NCBI GenBank assembly: GCA_021776775.1
Contig: JAJFFE010000175.1
Location: forward strand, 12,562 to 76,561
Direction: 5' to 3'
Length of the DNA: 64,000 nt
From: Planctomycetota bacterium
GTDB taxonomy: Bacteria; Planctomycetota; UBA8108; UBA1146; JAJFFE01
In this document: positions 57,109-64,000 of the stretch, one piece after another
How the letters are laid out: every line of letters starts with the position of its first letter
Position numbering within the stretch: the first letter of the stretch is position 1
The notes under the pieces: model-generated
Seen by the model: only the letters and a program-made list of their open reading frames with translations
Databases searched by the model: none
What the model was told of the DNA's origin: nothing
Translations under genes and position numbers: made by a program

Positions 57109-58404
57109 TTACGACCAGCGGGTGCAGTGCCAACTCTTCTTGCCGCGACGAATGAGTATCGTGTCGCCGTGCAACAAGTCTGATGCCGTAACCATGTAAT
57201 CGGCTGCGACCTTCTCACCGTTGACGGAAACTCCGCCACTGCCGAGAAACTCGCGCGCTTGGCGTCGTGAGGTGGCGAGGCTCGTCTCGGGCAACAACTC
57301 GGCGAGCGCCACGCCATCTCCGTCGAGCGAACTCGTCTCGTGCGTGGAACTCGGCACGTCGGCGAACACCTCGCCAAGGATGTCTCGATCGAGGGACTTG
57401 ATGTCCCCCTTGCCGAACAACGCGGCGGTCGCGTTCTCGACCGCGTCGAGCGCTTCTTTGCCGTGCAGCATTTCGGTCACGTGACACGCCAGGGCACGGT
57501 GGGCGTCGCGCCGGTGCGGCGCCTCCTCGTGCTGAGCTTCGACGGTTGTGATCTCTTCCTGAGTCAGAAAGGTGAACCGCTTCAGGTAGTCGATCACGGT
57601 GTCGTCGTCGGTGTTGATCCAAAACTGGTAGAAGGCGTACGGGCTGGTGCGCTCGGCGGTGAGCCAGATTGCGCCGGTCTCCGTCTTGCCGAACTTCTTG
57701 CCGTCGGCGCGCGTCACCAGCGGTGCGGTGACTCCGAACGAACCGTCGGCGTCGGGGCCGAGCACGCGCCGGACGAGATCCATACCCGCGACGATGTTTC
57801 CGTACTGATCAGACCCGGCGATCTGCATGGTGCAGTTCTCGGTGCGTCGCAAGTGCAAGAAGTCGTACGCCTGCAGAATCATGTAGCTGAACTCGGTGTA
57901 GCTGATGCCGTGATCGCGGTTGTGGAGCCGCTCCTTGACCGACTCCTTCTGCAACATCATGTTGACCGAGAAGTGCTTGCCGGTGTCGCGCAACATTTCG
58001 ATGTAGCCGATGCCGGTCAGCCAGTCAGCGTTGTTGACCATGCGCGCGGCGTTGGCGCGATCGGCACTGAAGTCGATGACGCGTTCGAAGATCTTCTTCT
58101 GCGCATCGACGTTGGCCTGTACCTGCTCGGCCGTCATCAAGGTGCGCTCGGCGTCCTTGCCCGACGGGTCACCGATCATGCCGGTGCCGCCGCCCATGAG
58201 CACGATAGGGCAGTGACCGGCGCGTTGGAAGTGGGCGAGCATGAGCATGGGAACCAAGTTGCCGACCGTCAGGCTGTCCGACGTCGGATCGAACCCGCAG
58301 TAGCCGACACGTCCCGGCGTTTTTAGATGCTCGTCGACTTCGGCACCGGCCGTCTGATGGAGAAGGCCGCGCCATTCGAGCTCTTCGGTGAACCCGCTCA
58401 TCAC
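57109..58404 (-). CDS. tyrS: Tyrosyl-tRNA synthetase
   Basis: Class I HIGH-region GFDPTSDSLTVGNLVPMLML. KMSKS-equivalent KFGKT. C-terminal S4-like domain. 431 aa. Confidence 0.9.
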   Translation of the reverse strand: MMSGFTEELEWRGLLHQTAGAEVDEHLKTPGRVGYCGFDPTSDSLTVGNLVPMLMLAHFQRAGHCPIVLMGGGTGMIGDPSGKDAERTLMTAEQVQANVDAQKKIFERVIDFSADRANAARMVNNADWLTGIGYIEMLRDTGKHFSVNMMLQKESVKERLHNRDHGISYTEFSYMILQAYDFLHLRRTENCTMQIAGSDQYGNIVAGMDLVRRVLGPDADGSFGVTAPLVTRADGKKFGKTETGAIWLTAERTSPYAFYQFWINTDDDTVIDYLKRFTFLTQEEITTVEAQHEEAPHRRDAHRALACHVTEMLHGKEALDAVENATAALFGKGDIKSLDRDILGEVFADVPSSTHETSSLDGDGVALAELLPETSLATSRRQAREFLGSGGVSVNGEKVAADYMVTASDLLHGDTILIRRGKKSWHCTRWS

Positions 58405-60704
58405 TTGTCGCTCTCTTTCGGGTCGTCAGTTTCGGTCGGCTTGTCGCGGTTGGACTTGGTCGCGTGTCGGTAGTAGGCACGTCCGCCCAGGCCGGGCAGC
58501 CAGTGCACGTTCAAGCCGTCGAGGTGACCCTCGACCGCGTCGCGCAGTGCACGCATCTCGTCGGCCGTGGCGCAGAACGCGGCCGGCACCAGAAGCACGT
58601 TCGACCCCCCGCCTTCGCGGATCGCCGCGAGCACTTCATGAATCGTCGGTTGCGTGTCGAGATGGGCGACGCGCATTCTAGAAAATCGACTGCGCAACGA
58701 AATGGGGTCTGCCGCTTCGATGCGGGTCCACGCTTCGCGCGCCTCGGTCGGGGTGGCCGGATAGGTCACGATGATCGTGGTACCTCCGAACGGACCCGGC
58801 GCAGTGGGCAAGATCTTCGACGTGCCCATGGCCGACGGCTCGATGCCACGCGGCGGATCGATGGCGTACTCTCCGGGCAGGGCGAGCCAGTGCGCATCGA
58901 CACCCGCCGCTCCGCCATCTGCACCGTCGTCTCTGCCGTCGAAAGCACTCGCTGGCATGAGCTCGACCTGCGTGCCCTCGTTCCACAACGCACGCACCTC
59001 GAGTTCCGCCCAGAACCGCCCCAGCGTGGAGTCGACGCGGTACACGAGCGGTGTCGCGGACGGAGTCGCCTCCGACATCGGGTCGATGCCAAGAGCCTTA
59101 CGAATCGCGACCTCGGCTTGAATCAACGGAGCGTCACCGAGCGGTCGACGCTCGTTCCGGAGACCGGTCGTGCTGTAGTCCGCCAACTCTTCATCCCAGA
59201 AGTAGCTGTTCACTTCATCCGTGAACACCACCAGATCGAAGAACGACGCAGGTGCGGCCGGATCAGCAGGGTCAAGCTTGGGCAAACCACCTTCGCGAAG
59301 CTTGTTGTAGCGCGTCGGTCGAATGGCAAATGCCTGGACCGGCATGGAGTCGCGACTGTAGAGCATGGTCGAGGCAATGACGGTGGCGGCCGCTTCTTCG
59401 CCGGCCAGCACGATTCGTTTTGCATCGATCGGCTGCGTCCGTGCCACACGGGAAAGCAAACGCCTCAACCCTTGGCCGAGCAGCCCCATGTCGGAGTCGA
59501 ACCGCTCTTCGAAGAACCACTCACCGCCGAGGTGAAGGTCTTCCCCGCGTTGCGGGAATGGCGGGTCCACGGCGACGATGGCGACCGTGTCGCCGAAGGC
59601 GAGCCGCAAGTAGCGCATGGCGTCAGCGGCGCGCAACCCTTCGCGCGGCATCCAGATGAGAAGCGGCACCGGCTGGTCGTCGCGCGCTCCCTTGGGAACG
59701 AACAACTCGTACTCGAGCTCGGTGCTGACGGTAACTCCATGGGTTCCGTCTTGCACGGCGCGCGCGCGATCCTCGGCATAGACGGTGTAGTCCGCGACCT
59801 CCGCGAGTTCCGCCCAATCCGGGTCGACCCCCACCAGCGACAACTCAGACGTCGGGCGAATGTCGATCACCACCACCTTCGTCTCGGGACGTCGGCGGGT
59901 GACCTGCGCAGCGGTTCCTTGTCGGTACAACGTGTGGAAGCCACCGTTGAGGTGGAGCACTTTTGATCCGGGGTGCTTCGCCAACGCGTCGACACACGCT
60001 TCGCCCATGGAGTTGTCCCACAGACACTGCGTCGAGTAGAGGCGCGCTTCGGGGTCTTCAAGAAACGCGAAGAAGTCCCCGTGGCCACGAATGGTTCGTG
60101 CGAACCGCTGCCAGTAGGCGTCGGAGTTGGGGTGGAGCTCGCGTGGAATCCACTGCTTCTGTTCGTCGGAGAGTTTCTCGTACCCTTCCTTGCCGCCGGG
60201 TCGCATGGAGCGCCGGATCGACGCGGGGAAGTTGGCCGCGACGACCGGCAGTGAGCGCGCGCGAGCAAGCTCGATCATAGGTCGGTAGTCTGTCCGGTAG
60301 TTCCCCCACGGATGGGCACGCCGCAAGAAGGTCGGCTCGTCGATACGTCCGGCGACGTAGTCGTCGAGTGCTGGCTGCGCGTCACGCTCGAACATTTCCA
60401 TGGACAAGACGACCTTGCCCTCGGTGGCGAGCAGAAGCTCTTGGTACATCCGCCACTGAAACCGGTGCGTCGTTTCGTCGAGGTGCGTTTCGCCCAGGAA
60501 GATCACCTCGGCCGCGTCGAGCCGCTCGATCAACGTCACGAGCGAGATCGCTTCCTTCTTGCCGGTGTCTAGAATGCGGATCGCGTTCTCGAGCGGCGGT
60601 TGCGCCAACGGCTCGGGGCCATCGCCGGCTAGCAGCATCGGCGCGCTGAGAAGCACCGCCATGATCCCCATGAGACAACGCGACGTTCGATCGGTGGCGT
60701 TCAT
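58401..60704 (-). CDS. Secreted two-domain protein: N-terminal ChaN/Tiki-superfamily (DUF399) domain and a C-terminal CbiX-like domain
   Basis: Signal peptide MGIMAVLLSAPMLLAG. ChaN-like VIFLGETHLDETTHRFQ. C-terminal NVLLVPAAFCATADEMRALRDAVE resembles a CbiX/chelatase-like fold. Its stop overlaps the tyrS start. Confidence 0.6.
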   Translation of the reverse strand: MNATDRTSRCLMGIMAVLLSAPMLLAGDGPEPLAQPPLENAIRILDTGKKEAISLVTLIERLDAAEVIFLGETHLDETTHRFQWRMYQELLLATEGKVVLSMEMFERDAQPALDDYVAGRIDEPTFLRRAHPWGNYRTDYRPMIELARARSLPVVAANFPASIRRSMRPGGKEGYEKLSDEQKQWIPRELHPNSDAYWQRFARTIRGHGDFFAFLEDPEARLYSTQCLWDNSMGEACVDALAKHPGSKVLHLNGGFHTLYRQGTAAQVTRRRPETKVVVIDIRPTSELSLVGVDPDWAELAEVADYTVYAEDRARAVQDGTHGVTVSTELEYELFVPKGARDDQPVPLLIWMPREGLRAADAMRYLRLAFGDTVAIVAVDPPFPQRGEDLHLGGEWFFEERFDSDMGLLGQGLRRLLSRVARTQPIDAKRIVLAGEEAAATVIASTMLYSRDSMPVQAFAIRPTRYNKLREGGLPKLDPADPAAPASFFDLVVFTDEVNSYFWDEELADYSTTGLRNERRPLGDAPLIQAEVAIRKALGIDPMSEATPSATPLVYRVDSTLGRFWAELEVRALWNEGTQVELMPASAFDGRDDGADGGAAGVDAHWLALPGEYAIDPPRGIEPSAMGTSKILPTAPGPFGGTTIIVTYPATPTEAREAWTRIEAADPISLRSRFSRMRVAHLDTQPTIHEVLAAIREGGGSNVLLVPAAFCATADEMRALRDAVEGHLDGLNVHWLPGLGGRAYYRHATKSNRDKPTETDDPKESDK

Positions 60705-60754
60705 GTTTCTGCCTATCGCAGGGTGTGTGGCTTCGGTGTAACGATGCGGTGTAA

Positions 60755-61345
60755 CTAGTCAGGCGAATTCGGCGCGCCGGCGACCAACGCAGCGATGCGT
60801 TTCACGGCGGCGAGAAAATCGGGTTCCCGATAATCTTCGTCGACCGCCGCAGACTCCGCCCCACGTCCAGTTTCGACGCGAATGGTCGTCATCTCGAGCG
60901 CCCGGCCGGCCTTCATGTCAGACGGCGAATCCCCGACCATAAACGAACCCGACAACTCGATGCCAGCGCGCTCGGCCCCACGTTCGAACATCAGGGGTCC
61001 TGGCTTGCGGCAACGGCACCCCTCGTCGGGTCCGTGCGGGCAGTACTCGACCGAGGCGATCTCGACTCCCCAGCCGCGCGCGTCCTCGACCAGCCGACGG
61101 TGCGTTTCGATCACCTCGGACTCCGGCTGATAGCCGCGCGCGATCCCCGACTGGTTGGTCACCACCACCACCGGCAACCCCAGCTGGCCGAGCTGACGAA
61201 ACGCCTCTGCCGTATGGTCGTAGTAGATGAAATCGTCGAGCGATCGGATGTAGTTAGAGTTGTAGACGTTGATGACCCCGTCGCGGTCGAGAAAGACCCC
61301 GACGCGAGACGGCTCTTTCGTGGACTCGCCGGGCGAGGAAATCAC
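60755..61345 (-). CDS. gmhB: D-glycero-D-manno-heptose 1,7-bisphosphate phosphatase (HAD-IIIA)
   Basis: VFLDRDGVIN (motif I), VVVTNQSGIARG (motif II), zinc-binding CRCRKPGP, MVGDSPSDMKAG (motif IV). Confidence 0.85.
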   Translation of the reverse strand: MISSPGESTKEPSRVGVFLDRDGVINVYNSNYIRSLDDFIYYDHTAEAFRQLGQLGLPVVVVTNQSGIARGYQPESEVIETHRRLVEDARGWGVEIASVEYCPHGPDEGCRCRKPGPLMFERGAERAGIELSGSFMVGDSPSDMKAGRALEMTTIRVETGRGAESAAVDEDYREPDFLAAVKRIAALVAGAPNSPD

Positions 61346-61944
61346 TAGGCGCGCGCCGCAATCTCAGCGCGAATCTTGCCGCGCAACCCTTCGATCACCA
61401 TGTGCGTCATGACCATGTGACCGTCTTGCGCAACCTGCATTTCGTCCGACGGCGAATGCAGCGAGACGTCACTCAACTCGAGCAGCTTGCCGCCCTCGAA
61501 GCCGGTCATGCCGACGATCTTCATGCCCATGCCGCGCGCCCGTTCGACGGCCGCGATGATGTTCGGCGAGTTGCCCGAGCCGCTCATAGCCACCAGCACA
61601 TCGCCGGGGGCTCCGTAGGTCTGAACCTGCTCGGCAAACACCGCGTCGAAGCTGAGATCGTTCCCGAGCGCAGTGATCATGGCGGTGTTGTCGGTCAAGG
61701 AGAGCACCTTCAGCCGCTTCGTCTCCGAGAACGGAATGGTGTAGGTCGCGAGGTCTTCACACATGTGCGTCGCCGTGCAGGCGCTTCCACCGTTGCCGAT
61801 AACGAGCACCGATCCACCCCGCTCGTAGACGGAGTAGAACAACTCGACCGTCGCTTCGACTGCGCCGACGTCGATCTTGCCGAGCAGGTCGCGCGCACGC
61901 TCGAGGTAGCCATCGAGTTCGGCGCGCAGCGGATACGCAGTCAT
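61345..61944 (-). CDS. gmhA: Phosphoheptose isomerase (SIS domain)
   Basis: SIS-domain pattern VLVIGNGGSACTATHMCEDL, DVLVAMSGSGNSPNII, about 199 aa from MTAYPL. Stop overlaps the gmhB start by 1 nt. Confidence 0.8.
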   Translation of the reverse strand: MTAYPLRAELDGYLERARDLLGKIDVGAVEATVELFYSVYERGGSVLVIGNGGSACTATHMCEDLATYTIPFSETKRLKVLSLTDNTAMITALGNDLSFDAVFAEQVQTYGAPGDVLVAMSGSGNSPNIIAAVERARGMGMKIVGMTGFEGGKLLELSDVSLHSPSDEMQVAQDGHMVMTHMVIEGLRGKIRAEIAARA

Positions 61945-62155
61945 GAGTTCTTCTCGCTTCAAGAAGTTGAGGTGCAACGCTCTGCTATGAACAGAAGGTG
62001 GCGAACAGAAGGCGGGCCAGGGATCGGGCGCGGCAATGGTACTGCCGGCAACGCGACCGACACAAGGTCCCCGTCCGAATGACCGTCCGGATGGCCGGTC
62101 GGATCACCCATCGGATCACCCATCGGGTCACAGTTCGGATCGCGCCACACGTGGA

Positions 62156-63565
62156 TCACCGAGCCACCGGCGAGCGTCTCGGATCCTCGAGCAGGAGATA
62201 CAGCACGTTGTCGGTGAAGATCGGGTCTTGCGTCATGGCGAGATGGTCCGTGTACAGGAGACGCACCGAGGCGAAGTCGATCGGCGTCCGAAGCTGCCGC
62301 GACCAAGTAGCGCCCACCCGTTCGTCCATGAAGGTGCTCGAGCGAAGAACGGTGCCGTCGCCCGCTCCGCGACTGACGACCCGGGCGTCCCGATCTCCGC
62401 CGGGTGTCACGACCGCCGTGGTGTCGATGGCATCGCCGGCGAAGAGATGGATGTCGACACCGGACGGAGTGGCGGCGGGAACGTCGAGGGCGCGATGGAA
62501 CTGCTCGGCGCGCGCGAGCGACTGGCACAGATGGCTGAGCGCAATCCGCCGACGTTCGGAGGCGTCGCGGACGTCGGGCAGCAAGATCTCCAACGTGCCG
62601 TCGTACTCGGGATTGGCGAGCCCCCACTCGTGCTCGATCCAGAAGCTGACGTCGAAGAGCCGGTCGGTCGGCTTACCGTCGACGAGAACCGGCCCGTGGC
62701 GAGCGCGCGGCAGCAACTGGAAGATCGAGGGAAAGCTCCCGAGCACGACGGGGTCGTACGTGGGGAGAAGCGGCGCCGGTTGGAACCCGTTGACGAGCTG
62801 TTGGATGGCGACGGCGGATCCAGCGTTGGGGGTACCGATCATGATCAACCGCTCGACGTCGGCCGCGCCTTGCCACGTCAACGCGGGAAGCCCACCGTCA
62901 GCCGGTAATTCTTGGTCGCCGTAGCGCAAGAAGTAGCGCGCCAACAGCCCGCCCATCGAGTGGGCGACGAGATCGAACTTTATCTTCCCGTGCGGTCGAT
63001 GCTCTCGCACCTTGGCGCGCGCCTCGCCGATGAACGCCTTGAACTGCCGCGCGTTCCAGACCAAGTCGCGCCGCCAGTCGTAGTGAAACTGAAAGCAGGT
63101 GTAGTGATCGGTGCCGTAGTCGACCGCGCCCGCTTCGCCGAGGTCTTGATCGCGGTACATGCCCGCACCGAGCGTAAGCAGAATGTTGCGGTACGCACGC
63201 TGCCGGACGTTGATCAAGCCGAACAGCGTGACCTCGACTTGATCGAGCGCTGCGGTCGAGCGCACGTCGTCCGACTGCGAGGTGATCGATTCCCCCTCGT
63301 GACGAACGAGCGGCAGTGCGATCAGTCGCGCGCCGTCGGGATCTTCCGGGTCGGCGGAGCCGCCACCGAACGCGCCCCACACCACCTGATCGCCCGCCAT
63401 GAGACGCGACCCCAAAATGCCGGGAATCACAATGACCGGGTTCCGGTCGTCGTCGTGCTCTTGCGCCGCGCGAGAATACAACGCCGCGACGTCCGGCAGC
63501 GGGGTTGCGCCGCAGCCGACGATAGTCAACGACAACAGCGCGACGATCGAGTGCGATCGGAGCAT
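62156..63565 (-). CDS. Secreted LCAT/PGAP1-like alpha/beta-hydrolase lipase, lipoprotein
   Basis: Lipobox LLSLTIVGC. GILGSRL N-terminal motif. Nucleophile elbow AHSMGGLLA. Confidence 0.75.
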   Translation of the reverse strand: MLRSHSIVALLSLTIVGCGATPLPDVAALYSRAAQEHDDDRNPVIVIPGILGSRLMAGDQVVWGAFGGGSADPEDPDGARLIALPLVRHEGESITSQSDDVRSTAALDQVEVTLFGLINVRQRAYRNILLTLGAGMYRDQDLGEAGAVDYGTDHYTCFQFHYDWRRDLVWNARQFKAFIGEARAKVREHRPHGKIKFDLVAHSMGGLLARYFLRYGDQELPADGGLPALTWQGAADVERLIMIGTPNAGSAVAIQQLVNGFQPAPLLPTYDPVVLGSFPSIFQLLPRARHGPVLVDGKPTDRLFDVSFWIEHEWGLANPEYDGTLEILLPDVRDASERRRIALSHLCQSLARAEQFHRALDVPAATPSGVDIHLFAGDAIDTTAVVTPGGDRDARVVSRGAGDGTVLRSSTFMDERVGATWSRQLRTPIDFASVRLLYTDHLAMTQDPIFTDNVLYLLLEDPRRSPVAR

Positions 63566-63769
63566 GACTCTCCTTGTTACGGCCTCCCTTGTTGCGGTCA
63601 CCCTTGTTGCGATGCAGAGGCCGGGGCATAGTATGCGATGACGCCGCCGGATCGATCGCCGACCTTCGGATCGACGAAGCGGGTCACGAAGTCACCCGAG
63701 ATGCCGACGCAACCCGAGATGCCAACGCCACCGCACCGGACGCGCGGCAGTTACGACGACGGCTGTCCC

Positions 63770-64000
63770 CATGCTCGCTCTCCTCAGCAGCTTCCTCACT
63801 CCGAGTCCCGTCGATCCCGACGATCGCGTGCGTCAATTGCTCGACTACGACGTCGCCGGGTTTGGTCTGAGCCACGCGCTGGCCGAACCGGAGTTTCGGG
63901 CGTTCGTCGCCGCTTCGCGCACCATGAAGCAGACGTTCGTCATGCTTCGCGCGAACATCGTCGTCTTAGAACGGGAACTCGAAGACCCGGCACGAGCGCC
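63770..64000 (+). CDS. Hypothetical protein, 3'-truncated by the window edge
   Basis: ATG at 63770 is followed by an open frame to the window end (MLALLSSFLTPSPVDPDDRVRQLLDYDVAGFGLSHALAEPEF...). Confidence 0.35.

Noticed and set aside
62036-63631. Plus-strand ORFs 62036..62908 (290 aa), 61998..62924 (308 aa) and 62912..63631 (239 aa) opposite the lipase gene
   Set aside because: They are antisense to a well-supported alpha/beta-hydrolase gene (GxSxG present) and have random-like Arg-rich translations.
1-64000. CRISPR arrays, rRNA genes, intact integrase/recombinase genes, phage structural genes
   Set aside because: No regularly spaced direct repeats, no rRNA-like conserved blocks, and no tyrosine/serine recombinase or phage-like ORFs were seen in any frame. 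The only mobile-element protein signal is the IS91-family remnant.

Overview
High-GC (about 65-70%) bacterial chromosomal window, gene-dense on both strands. A Planctomycetota-like origin is inferred from the ECF sigma/Ser-Thr kinase pairs and the many dockerin-like tails, not established. Housekeeping genes sit at both ends: dapF (5'-partial), purM, a thiE-like gene, a GNAT, an OYE reductase, tyrS, gmhA/gmhB, and a lipase.

The middle (about 18-56 kb) looks accessory and decaying. It holds seven secreted proteins that share one ~85-aa tandem dockerin-like plus Cys-rich module: a 2342-aa Rhs/YD-repeat polymorphic toxin (module N-terminal), an FG-GAP/beta-helix giant, two P-domain/PPC-like paralogs, a PQQ-propeller protein, a HAF-repeat protein and a small protein. 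It also holds several disrupted genes: a WD40 gene with frameshifts, an IS91-family transposase remnant that truncates a cupin gene, an RNase R 5' fragment, an MMPL/RND 3' fragment, and a sensor kinase with an in-frame stop.

Three interleaved pairs of 50-100 bp direct repeats mark rearrangement junctions. One pair duplicates the 3' end of a DUF368 gene.

The most system-like locus is a co-directional, tightly coupled cluster at 37.2-44.5 kb: pspA (ESCRT-III superfamily), an NMT1/SsuA-like SBP fused to an OmpA-C domain, an ABC permease, an ABC ATPase, a membrane coiled-coil protein, a tandem-domain AAA+ ATPase and a small helical protein. This is a candidate bacterial PspA/ESCRT-III plus Vps4-like membrane-remodelling module. 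No rRNA, tRNA or CRISPR array was recognised.
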